From: Octopus vulgaris | Taxonomy: Eukaryota | DNA length: 64,000 bases | Assembly (NCBI GenBank): GCA_951406725.2 | Contig: OX597815.1 | Span: 992,001 to 1,056,000 of the forward strand | Direction of reading: 5' to 3' | In this document: positions 52,958 through 64,000 of the stretch, one piece after another | Layout of the letters: the number at the start of each line of letters is the position of its first letter | Position numbering within the stretch: position 1 is the stretch's first letter | Notes under the pieces: model-generated | Seen by the model: the letters and a program-made list of their open reading frames with translations, nothing else | What the model was told of the DNA's origin: nothing | The model's database searches: none | Position numbers and translations under genes: made by a program

Positions 52958-53229
52958 TTTTAATAATAATAATATAATTCTATTGTAGGGTGTAAAAGGG
53001 AGAAAAGAAGAGGAGGGGAAAAGGAACGAAGAGAACAAAGGAGAGATAATCAGGAACAGGATGTGGTTTAACCTCCTCAGCAGTATAAACATCTGCATCA
53101 ATTTTACTGGATGATTTCTTTCAAATAAGAGAGCTTAGACCACACAGATACAATAAACTGTTCAATATGACTATGGTTACGGTCAGCTGTTTTGATAATA
53201 TTGGATTCCAGATATTGAACAATGAAACA

Positions 53230-53650
53230 GCTGCATACACCAACGATTTAAAGCCGGCCCCATGAGTGTGTGATTTCAGAGACAGGTCACAATGTCTGCT
53301 TGAAAATAAATGCCTCTCCAAAGAACTCATTTATGAAGCTGAAGTATACAATAGCAAGGACACAACCAAAATGTATGTCAGTCTCAGAGACACTGAATTT
53401 AAGGTCTGCACACAGAAGCATAAGGAACTCTACAGTACTCTCAAAGTACAACTGGTATCTGAAAGACAGTGGCATCAACAACTCTACCGACAGGTGGAGT
53501 ACCAAAGCACAAGCAAGAGCCTACAATATATGCAGTTCCAGATGCAGCTTTTGTGCAACTCAAACAGCCTAACTACAACCAACGTCCCAAGCTCAAGAGA
53601 GGAAATACTATCCCCATGCCTGTATGAGAGAAAGTCTGGTCTATAATCAA
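53230..53650 (+). mobile_element. Penelope-like GIY-YIG endonuclease remnant (frameshifted)
   Basis: CLLENKCL...IYEAEV...MYVS...TEFK, STVLSKY.W.LKD, W...A.AY...S.RC.FC. Confidence 0.75.
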
Positions 53651-54666
53651 CCAACCACACTTGTAGCTCAAATGCATTCCTGCTACAAACAGGATAATGG
53701 CAGCTGAGGGTTGAGATTTCAAGTGGAGGGAGGACCTCACCCCACGACCCCATTTATCACATCATTGGTTTCCCCAATAACAAAAGAAGAAAACTATGAA
53801 GAAGACTGCGGAAGAATGAATGGCAAGGATTTCTAACATAGGCATAATTTGGAGGAGGAGGGGGTGGAGATTATTGGCCAGAGAAGGGTGAAAGGTCAAG
53901 TTGATCTTTGAATCAATATTGATAAATAAGAAAACAATATTAAACATGAAGGAATGAAGTGGGGGTGGGGGAGAGAAGAAGGTATCTCGTTTGTACTTAA
54001 CTCCAGATCACCTGTTTGATCTGGCTGACATTCCATTCTTGACCATCCTGCCTTAGTCTTCAGACATAATATAACAAGTCCTCAGTTATACAACATACCT
54101 TCCCATTCTTATTCAAAGGTGGTAGCATGAGAATTGCAGGAGATATAGCTACTATTTCTAGCACATCAAGTGACTATATAAAAATCCTGTCTACTTGCAT
54201 GTGTTTGTTGCTGCTGTTGTAGCAGAGCCACGATGTACAGGATAGATCTTTAACGGTTTGATGTAGGGTCGGGTGACATGGCCACATCTTCAGTAGGTCC
54301 TCACAGGATCACTCGGATTATTGGAGGAAGGATCTTTGTCTAAGACATTCACTGACCCTCTTAGGTTGGTCATGGCTTTATGACTGTCCAAAGTTGACAG
54401 TAACTTTATGGTCAACAGGAAAATAATCTGCAGTGAGAGAATTCCAGTGGGAGGGGTGTCTGAGGAAGGAAGGGACCAGGGGGTATGAGTAATGGTAGTA
54501 AGAACCAATCAAGTTCAATGAATAGAGGCCATTGTAGTAGCAATAGAGAAGGAAGAGGAAGGAGACATTATGTCTGTGTAGAAGAGTTTGGAGGGTCGAG
54601 TGAAACAGTCAAATGTCTTCTATTTCAATATAATTTAAAATTGTTTGTGTAACAGCAGGATTTCAC

Positions 54667-54870
54667 TGTGGCAGTCCTCAATTGGGACAGGACCCCATTC
54701 TGGCAGTACTCCATTCTGGCAGTACTCAATTATGGAAGTGCTTCAAAGAGGAAGTCCTCTATTCTTACAGTACTCCATTGTGGAAGTACTTCAATGTGCA
54801 AGTTTGCCATTCTGGCAGTACTCCATAGCAAAGTACTCCTACGTGGAAGTACTCAAATATGGCAGTCCTC
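54667..54870. repeat. Degenerate 16-bp minisatellite (CCATTCTGGCAGTACT)
   Basis: About 12 diverged units. Confidence 0.8.
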
Positions 54871-56589
54871 CATCGCATCTTTCTCCAGAGTTTTGCAGAA
54901 GGTTCAGAGTTGTTAGAGGTTGAAATATTTTGTGGTTCTAAAGAAGAAAGCCACTGTTCATGACCCAGTCTTTTATTGTTATGTCCTCAAAGCCAGGGAG
55001 TTCAGGTCATTCTACTATTTGCTCCAAAGTGAAAACCCCAAATTAAAGTAATAGTAAAAAAAAAAAGAAAAAAAGAGATGCCCTAATTCCTAGCTTCTAG
55101 ATTCCATTCCATTTTCTTGGGTGTCTTATCACATGAAACACAATGTTCATAGATATACCCCTCCAATCTTCTTTCTGGATATTTAATCCCTTGCCCCCCA
55201 CCAACGAAATACAGAACAAGCACTTCGTTCTTCTCAGTTAGCTGCTCTTCATAGTTGTTAGAGAAACATCAAAGAGATTACAAGACACATCGCAAGACAC
55301 TTCATTACAGACAAGAACGGTTCCGATTACACAATTTGCTTTATGAACACATCAACAGATTAGTTAGTTTCTCTATTGAAACTGTCTAAGTTTACCTTGG
55401 ACCCAGATAAACTTTCACCTTAGCATATCAGCTTTCTTTCGAGGAGTTTCAATATACTGTAATGAAGTCAATTAATTAATTATACGAAATTATATTTAGT
55501 TTCTTGGTGGAATACATTTATCTTAATATGTAGTGATTGTATAATTAGATAATTAGAAGAATGATAACATAATTAGATTTGTACTTTCTTTTAAAACACA
55601 TTAAAAGTAATTAGCAAGTGAAGCAGTCATCAGTTTTGGTTGCAGATAATTAAAATATTTTCTTGACGGGAGGTAAACATCTTCAGCAAGTTCTTTTCAA
55701 GCAACGACAGTTGGTAGAGTAGTTTGACAGAGTGGGCTTCACACAGTTTCTGGTTTAAGGCCACCCTTGGGTGTGCTTTAACAGTATAAGGAGCATGGCT
55801 CTACTCAAAAGGGGGATAATTCAGTACACTCCTGCCCATTTGATGCAGCCTCCTCTTCTCTTTCCTTCAACCTGTCACCAGAGGTCTTATATAAACACAT
55901 CATAGCTAATGCCTTCCCCCCCTCCCTCAGCCAGATTCTATAGATATTATATTTTGTCTTTGGATTTGGTTTGCAAGATTCTTTATATGAGTTTGTGTGT
56001 TGAAGCATATTTTGTTGTGTCTGGGGAGAGTCATTCTCTTTGATGACAACAACAACTACTACTACTGTTATTAGAGACTTGAAAACAATAATTATGTTGA
56101 TGATGATGGTGATGATGATGGTATGATGTATTTGCATGTCTGTGTGGTAAGAAGCTTGCTTCCCAACCACATGGTTCCAGGTTCAGTCCTACAATGTGGC
56201 ACCATGGGCAAGTGTTTTCTGCTATAGCCTCAGGCTGACCAAAGCCTTGTGAGTGGATTTGGTAGACGGAAACTGAAAGAAACCCATGTGTGTGTGTGTG
56301 TGTGTGTGTGTGTTTGTATTTGTGTCCCACCACCACTCGAAAACTGGTGTTGGTGTGTTTGCATCCCTGTCACTTAGCAGTTCGGTAAAAGATCGATAGA
56401 ATAAGTTCCAGAATAAAAAAAACCCAGAAAAGTCCTGGGGTTGTACTCTAATGACTGAAAAAAGATAAAAGATAAAAGATAAGGGTTGATCCTAAAATCT
56501 TACAGAGTCTTTGTCGGTCATAGAAAGGGTCCACAGTGAAATTACAGGTAGATCTTATGAGAAGAAAAAAAAAAAAAAGAAAACATCCT

Positions 56590-56757
56590 GAGGAGTGGCT
56601 GTGTGATAAGTAGCTTGTTTACCAACCACATGGTTCCGGGTTCAGTCCCACTGCGTGGCACCTTGGGCAAGTGTCTTCTACTATAGCCCTCGGGCCGACC
56701 AAAGCCTTGTGTGTGGATTTGGTAGACGGAAACTGAAAGAAGCCCATCGTATATATG

Positions 56758-56790
<33 letters not shown>

Positions 56791-57005
56791 GTGTGTGTGT
56801 GTTTGTATCCCCCTAGCATTGCTTGACAACCGATGCTGGTGTGTTTATGTCCCCGTCACTTAGCGGTTCGGCAAAAGAGACCAATAGAATAAGTACTGGG
56901 CTTACAAAGAATAAGTCCCGGGGTCGAGTTGCTCGATTAAAAAAAAAAGGCGGTGCTCCAGCATGGCCGCAGTCAAATGACTGAAACAAGTAAAAGAGTA
57001 AAGAG
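56590..57005 (+). mobile_element. tRNA-derived SINE family A (CORE-like CCTTGGGCAAGTG segment, internal microsatellite, AAAAGAGT tail)
   Basis: A/B-box-like TGGCTGTGTGAT...GGGTTCAGTCCC. Further copies near 2335-2660(-), 5530-5760(-), 13160-13430(-), 14160-14430, 17833-18220, 24355-24820, 37325-37720(-), 48990-49335, 51830-52215(-), 56140-56480, 59930-60180(-). Confidence 0.85.
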
Positions 57006-57790
57006 ATGTAACCTGATTATAATTTGATAGTTTTAATACAGGTGAGACTGCACAGAGATCAAAGATAAGCCAGAGACAGACAAGAAACCACTCCTGGTTA
57101 ATGCTCAGCAAATCCACGAGTTTGGAAGAGATTAAAGATTAAAACGTATTTTGTCAGTCAACAAATTTCAGATTAATTACACAAATGATAATTAAATTAA
57201 TTCTCCTGATTCTAATGCACTCTTACAACCAGGGATGGGGTGGTGATGTGATGGCAGAAGCAGAGTCAACAAGTGGAATGTAAATTAGAATTAAAACACA
57301 AATAACAAAATAAATAACTACATGCAAATGGAATTTGAAAACAAACACGATTGTATGTGTATGTGTGTGTGTGTGCATGTATATATACAGCTTCCTGGTT
57401 TGCCAGTCCTTAGTCAAACTGTCCAATCCATGCCAGCATGGAAAGCAGACGTTAAACGGTGATGATTATATATATATAACGTGGCCGATGCCAGTGCCGC
57501 CTTGACTGGCTCCCGTGCCGGTGGCACGTAAAAAGCACCATCCAATTGTGGTTGATGCCAGTCTCCTCTGGCCCCTGTGCCAGTGGCATGTAAAAAAATG
57601 CACCTACTACACTCTTAGAGTGGTTGGTGTTAGGAAGGGCATCCAGCTGTTGAAACACTGCCAGATTAGACTGGAGCCTGGTGCAGCTTCCTGGCTTCTC
57701 AGACCCCAGTTGAATTGTCCAACCCATGCCAGCATGGAAAACGGACATTAAACGATGATGATGATATATATATATATACACACACACATA

Positions 57791-58677
57791 CAGGGTGCGA
57801 TGGGTAAATTGTTACCATTTTATATTTTTAATTTCGCACATGCACATTGTTTGTTTTTGATTTTCTCACAGACAGTGCCCAGCTGACCCTACTATACTGT
57901 GTATAGTAGGGTCAGCTGGGCACCATCTGTGAGGAAAGCAGTACCATGACATAATTCACTCTGCCAGAAATTTGGAAACAACATGCTGTACTGCTTGGCA
58001 TTCACACTGGATGCTCCAATATGAACATTTCAGAGTGTTTGGGTGTCAGTCTGAGGACATGGACTGAGAGTGACAAAAATCTAACATCAACATCATGGTG
58101 TTTGAGATTATCACTCGCGATGGCGACGTTATGTCTCCATTTATCTTCCCACACAGCCTCAGACACAACACAGAGGCCTAAATCAAGTGCTTGGAGGGGG
58201 TAGTGCTGCCCTGGGTCATGACAGTGGCTGCTAGAAGACCCTATGTCTGGCAACAGGACTCTGCCCCATGCCACACAAGGAGGAGAACCCAGTAATGACT
58301 GTCAGACAATTTTTGTGACCACATCACCCCTAACATCTGGCCACCTAACTCCCCAGACTGAAACCCCCTTGATTATTATGTGTGGGGTACAGTTGAGTGA
58401 GAGACCAACAAAACTCCTTGGTAACACCAAAGATGACCTGAAGGCAAGGATTATGGCAGCATTCATCAACTTAAACAAGGAGACCATCCAGGACAGTTGT
58501 AGAAGATTCTGAAGTCATCTGAAAGCTGTGGTTGAAGTCAATTTATTGAATAAATTTATTCTTTAGTAATTCAAGATATTTTTATGTAATTTTGGTAAAT
58601 TTATCTGTTAAAATGAGATGTCAGTGTTATTTTCATTTTGGAGTTATTCAGACAATAGTTTATTCACCACACCTCGC
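57791..58677 (+). mobile_element. Internally deleted Tc1/mariner-superfamily (maT-like) transposon remnant
   Basis: YVWQQDSAPCH and NIWPPNSPD*NPLDYYVWG motifs; degenerate TIRs (CAGGGTGCGATGGGTAAATTG vs reverse complement CGAGGTGTGGTGAATAAACTA). Confidence 0.75.
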
Positions 58678-58679
58678 AC

Positions 58680-58702
<23 letters not shown>

Positions 58703-58710
<8 letters not shown>

Positions 58711-58919
58711 AAATTTAGAGGACTGACCACTAAAAGTGGACAGCCTATATGCTAAACATAGACGGCAAAATCGCCATTTTCCATGAAGAATGTATTCTCA
58801 AGAAAAAAAAACTCAGCAAAATGAGAACACATTCTTCGTGGAAAATGGCAATTTTGCCGTCTATGTCTAGCATATAGGCTGTCCACTTTTATTGGTCAGT
58901 CCTCTAAATTTTGTATGTA
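58703..58919. repeat. Inverted repeat (about 97-bp arms, 21-nt loop)
   Basis: 58703-58800 vs 58822-58919. Confidence 0.95.
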
Positions 58920-59382
58920 AAACAATTTTTAATCTTCGGATTTTTAAAAAATTTGCTGGGCCACTGGTTTTAATTGATTAATATCAATTTCTACCCTTAT
59001 TTAATTATATATATATATATATACATATACATACATATATATAAAAGTAATGTTTGTTACCACTTCAACATGGCTGTTCTGTACAGAACAACATTTCTAC
59101 CTCTTTTTCACCCAGGAGAACAACTCCTCCAGCTGGTTAATGACACAACCTGTGTCTGATATATTGCGAGCAGGGGACTGAACCCCTACTATTCAAGTGA
59201 CAACAAACATTACATTTTAGAGATTTTGGCACTACCTACTTTACTTGTTTTATACATATATACATATATATATATATATATCGTTAATCCAAACAAGAAA
59301 ACACAAAAAAAAACACAACCACGTGAGGACGTGGAACAAATAAAGTATTATTGGATGCTCAGGAAAGAAGGGAAGAAGGAGG

Positions 59383-59417
59383 GTTTAACGTTTTGAGTGG
59401 AGCTCTTCGTCGGAAAC
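59383..59417 (-). ncRNA. Minimal hammerhead-like motif (decayed)
   Basis: GTTT-CCGACGA-A-GAGC-TCC-ACTC-AAAA-CG-TT-AAAC. Confidence 0.5.
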
Positions 59418-61141
59418 ATAGGAGAAGGAAAGATCCCGAGAAGGGAAGACAGAGGAAAAAAAAATTCGCCAGCGGTACTCACGAGGTATGTATGTATATA
59501 TATATAAATATATATTATATGTGTGTGTGTATATATATTATATGTGTGTGTATATATATATATAGATGTATATTTCGGGAGCTCACCACCGCAGTTTATT
59601 TATACTAGAGTGCATCATGCTGATGACTCCCTCATCAGGATAAACAGGAAACAGAAAACCTGTGATTTTATGTATATGTATTATTTTTATGTGTTTGTAG
59701 ATCATGGTGGTGTTTTTTATATATGATTAAATGCTTGGGGTGTGGTGCTGCTATATGTAAGTTGTTGACCCAAATTTAATGTTTGTTCTATAACTAATGC
59801 TCCTTTATCTTCATGTTTATTTATATTTGAGCACTTCTTTTGCAGTCCTAAAAACCCTTTTGGTTCTATAAAAAGGGACAAATATTATTTTTTCTTGTTA
59901 TAGACAGACAGACAGTGAGAAAGTTCAGCTTTTATCTGTTTCTGCCATTAGACTGCAGCCATGCTGGAGCACCACCTCAAAGGTTTTAAATCAGATAAAT
60001 CAAGTGTCAGTACTAATTCCATCAGCAGATTTGTTGAAATGCTAAATTGCCGGGACATAATCAAACCAACACTGGTTGCCAACCAGTGGTGAGAACAAAC
60101 AGAAACACATACATGCTTATATATGATGAGTTTCCACAGAGTTTCTGTCAACCAAATTCATTCACAAGGTGATTTATAATCCATAGCAAGCGCCATATTT
60201 AACATCAAGTGCAGCACAGACCCTTACTTCCCCATCAGAAACCAATCAGCTTTGTTTTACATCTCTTCATCCATCTCATATTATTCTACTAACCTCCTTT
60301 TCTGTGTGCTTCGTGACAACTCGATCCCTGCACCAATATGAAAGCCTTCTTGTTGTTATTTATATCACTAACTACCCATGGCACCATAGCAGCACATCCA
60401 CCATCCCCCATCTCACCCCACCCACTCCTATCGGTTCAGACAACTTTCTTGGGTTCTTTAATAGGTTCCTTACTTCTGCTTGTCTTTGTATTTCCACTTC
60501 CTGTTCGTTGAGTTTTATCTTCCTTTGAGCAATGATCCTAATTAGCATATGCTTATTTATGTACACACACACACACACAACATTTAGTAAATAACTCGGA
60601 CAGTGTAGTGACCAGTTGGGCGTGTGAAGTATGCTGTGCACAATCTGACAATGATTCAGGTTAAATAAAACAGGCCATTGCTGGACCATGGTCAGTATGC
60701 TATTCAAGCCTGTCCAGTTACTGCACCACCTGACCCTGAAACTTTAATGAAACTCGATGACTGGAAGTAGACCTACTGCTTCCAGAGCCTCTAACGAGCA
60801 CCAGCAAAGACCACCACCACAAAAAAAAAAAAAAAAAAAAACAGAAATGGAAAAAATGTCTGATGAAGGATCTTTGATCCAAAAGTGCCCATCAGATGGA
60901 ACCTAACAACTAGCACCAAGGCTATCCGCAGATTACATGCCATAGGCAAGTTCTGTCTTTCTCCCCAACTCTTCCTACTTTCAGCATTACTCTGTTGAAT
61001 TCCTATACTACACCATAACCATGTGGCCCGAGATACACCAGCACATCATACACACACACACACATGTGCATATGTATGGACACACATGCTTACACGTATT
61101 CATGTATACGTGTGTATATGTGTGTAAATCAATTGATATGG

Positions 61142-61174
<33 letters not shown>

Positions 61175-61179
61175 TATAT

Positions 61180-61887
61180 GACGAGGTGGTGAAGCACGAC
61201 CCTCGAACTTTAGGCCTCACTGAGGAAATGACCAGCGACCGAGACCTTTGGAAATATGCTGTGCATGAGAAGACCCGGCAGGACAAGGGAGTCCAGCCCA
61301 CTTTTGCATGCCTTTCCTCCCTTGGACACAAAGACCTGTTGAGGCAAGCGAAGTCGATATCGAACCTCATCCGACAACAGGCACCTGTACCAACCCCCCT
61401 TTGCTTGCGAAGACCTGTTGGGGCAAGTGAAATCGAAATCAGAATCGAAATTGAACCAATCCTATGACTGGCACTCGGCAGATGCCAGGACCCCTGGACT
61501 GGTGGTACGTAAAAAGCACTATCCGAATCGTGGCCGATGCCAGCGCCACCTTGACTGGCTTCCATGCCGGTGGCACGTAAAAAGCATCATCCGAATCATG
61601 GCTGATGCCAGTGCCACCTTGACTGGCTTCCGTGCAGGTGGCACGTAAAATGCACCAATCCGACCGTGGCCGTTGCCAGCCTCGCCTGGCACCTGTGCAG
61701 GTGGCACGTAACAAGCACCCACTACACTCACGGAGTGGTTGGCGTTAGGAAGGGCATCCAGCTGTAGAAACACTGCCAGATAAGACTGGAGCCTGGTGCA
61801 GCCTCCTGGCGTCCCAGATCCCCGGTCAAACCGTCCAACCCATGCTAGCATGGAGAACGGACGTTAAACGATGATGATGATGATGAT
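61180..61887 (+). mobile_element. RTE/RTEX-like LINE 3' end with long modular 3' UTR and (GAT)n tail; best copy of a very abundant family
   Basis: DEVVKHDPRTLGLTEEMTSDRDLWKYAV ORF end, then repeated GTGCCGGTGGCACGTAAAAAGCACC modules and ...GGAAGGGCATCCAGCTGTAGAAAC...GGACGTTAAACGATGATGAT. Related copies near 6500-6755, 10740-11245, 11385-11880, 18590-19015, 21705-21880(-), 23580-24040, 26745-26940(-), 29280-29435, 30535-30985(-), 51040-51330(-), 52320-52710(-), 57480-57765. Confidence 0.75.
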
Positions 61888-62760
61888 ATATATATATATA
61901 CACACACACATACATATATATATCTGTAATATAATATGTGACAATTATTCGGTTGCCGTAATAAAACTCCGAGTCCCGGATGTCAGGGCAGAAATCTGCT
62001 CCGGCATCTCGTCAAGACAAACAAAAATGTTGTGAAAACGACCGTTAAATAAAGGGAAATTACTATGTGAATGACCGTTATATAAAGGAGAAAAAACTCG
62101 AAGGCGAGAAAGTAAAAAACGCTCGTAGAATTTGAGTATGCGTGCATGCACACCCACATACATGTGCCTATATGCATATGCTCACTCACACACACATGAA
62201 ACACATACATGTACTTTATCCATGTATATATAAGTTATGGAGGGTGAAGATTTATATAAGGTGAAGAGGACTTTTTAGCCTTGTCAAAAACAGGATGTCT
62301 GTGGATGCCCTGGCTAAAGCACCCAATATATTATTTAAAGCTGTTAGAGTTAAGAAGGGCCTCCAAAAGTTAAATCTAGAAGTGCAACATAGTCCCTGAC
62401 TTGTTTAGGAGGACAATAACTTTGCATATGGACTGATTTGTACTGTAAAGACTTGTTCAACCCATGCTAGCATGAAAAGTGGATGTCAAACGATAATGAC
62501 AAGGGGATAATTACATACACTGACAACTGTTTTATGAAGAGAAAAAGAAAAAAACAAAGACCACAGCAGAGATCACATTTTGTTAAAGAATTAACCGAAA
62601 CAGGTTCAAACACAAAAACTAAGTCTTGTGTTCAGAATGACAGGGTTTAGACATAACTGATACACTTGTACAGTGAGTCTCACAGACCCTTTGTAAGACC
62701 CTTTCAACAATACATATTCCAAGTAAGATGCTTTGATGAATAATAATAATAGTAATAATA

Positions 62761-63655
62761 AAACTAGAACAGCAAAGAACCATGATAAAACGATGGCAAG
62801 AAAAGCCCCTTCATGGTAAATACTGGACTAAACTAAATGCAAAAGAAATAGACAAAGAAAAATCCCAGCAATGGTTGAGAAGCTCAGGACTCAAAGCAGA
62901 GACAGAGGGATTTTTAATTGCAGCACAAGACCAAAGCCTCCCCACCAGAAATTACCAAAAACATGTAATGAAAAGAAATATTACAAGTAACTGCAGAATA
63001 TGTGGAGATGGACAAGAAACAATAAATCATATTATCTCTGGCTGCCCAGTCCTGGCTAAGAAGGAATATATTCACAGACATGACAGAGTTGGAACCTACA
63101 TACACTGGAAGCTATGCCAACATTATGGAATAACAACAGAAAAAAGATGGTATAGGCACACACCAGAAAAGGTCACAGAAAACGAGAAAGCAACCATACT
63201 CTGGGATATGCCAATACACACAGATAGAGAAATTAAGGCCAACAGACCAGATATAGTTGTCGGAGATTATGAAGAAAAAAAATGCTTTCTAATTGATGTA
63301 TCAATACCGGCAGATGACAATGTGTCTCTAAAAGAAATGGAGAAACTTTCAAAATACAAAGACCTGGAAATAGAGGTAACTAGAATGTGGAACCTGAAAA
63401 CAGAAACAATTCCTATCATAGTAGGCGCATTAGGCATGATAAAAAAATATTCTGAGAAATACATAACAAAAACACCAGGACTTACAAACACATATAACAT
63501 ACAGAAAATTGCACTACTAGGCACTGCACACATCCTACGCAGAACACTTTCCATACAATAACCATCAGAGCATCACAACAAATCACAGCACATATCCAAG
63601 GCACACAGAGCTGCGCTCGGTAGTGAAGTGAAAGCACGCTATAAAAATAAAACTA

Positions 63656-63709
<54 letters not shown>
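62761..63709 (+). mobile_element. 5'-truncated R4/Dong-like non-LTR retrotransposon with restriction-like endonuclease; open ORF 62782-63561
   Basis: CRICG...ETINHIISGC (CCHC knuckle), RHD, RPDIVV...LIDVS, EK.SKY.DL and PIIVGALG motifs; short 3' UTR; (TAA)n on both sides. Confidence 0.9.
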
Positions 63710-64000
63710 CTGGTGTGTTTAATTTAATGGCCTACCAATGTATACAGTGCATTTCTCTGTCCTAGATGTCAGGAAGACACTCAGCAAGAAATGGAAACAA
63801 TTCAAAGAAAATTATAACGATAACAACAACAACAATAATAATAATAATGATAAATTAAAATTTTGACACAAAGTCAGCAATTTTAAGCTTGGAGATAATT
63901 CACTGACATCAATCCCAGAACTCAACTGGTTCTTTGTAGTGCATAACAATAAGAAGAAGAAGAATCTTCACTGATTTCGGTACAAGGCCAGCAATCTGGA

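Noticed and set aside
59615-59665. Hammerhead at CTGATGA...GAAACAG
   Set aside because: No convincing stem I or II, and the cleavage triplet would be GUG.
61490-61730. CRISPR array (palindromic repeats with spacers)
   Set aside because: Eukaryotic context, no cas genes, spacers are mutually related, and the array is part of a dispersed LINE 3' UTR.

Overview
AT-rich, microsatellite- and repeat-dense animal genomic DNA. The SINE/LINE families look like those of Octopus (coleoid cephalopod); this is an inference. The only host gene is a minus-strand anoctamin-8-like gene (ANO8/TMEM16H). Six phase-consistent internal coding exons lie between 13929 and 1204 with canonical AG/GT boundaries, and the gene continues off the left edge. 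There is a likely first coding exon at 25305-25383, an alternative candidate first exon at 37040-37049, and a candidate 42-nt cassette exon at 4557-4598. The rest is intron or upstream DNA filled with tRNA-derived SINEs, CR1-, RTE- and R4/Dong-type LINE 3' ends, a decayed hAT element with BED finger and 8-bp TSD, Tc1/mariner remnants, MITEs, a Helentron-like element and Penelope-like (PLE) GIY-YIG fragments. The most unusual signal is a scattered PLE/hammerhead layer. Several decayed minimal type-I hammerhead-ribozyme motifs occur in unrelated short repeats, one inside an element with a tRNA-like Pol III head (48287-48557). Many long fold-back palindromes are also present, several sitting in microsatellites. 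All family assignments come from motif recognition by eye, not from database searches.
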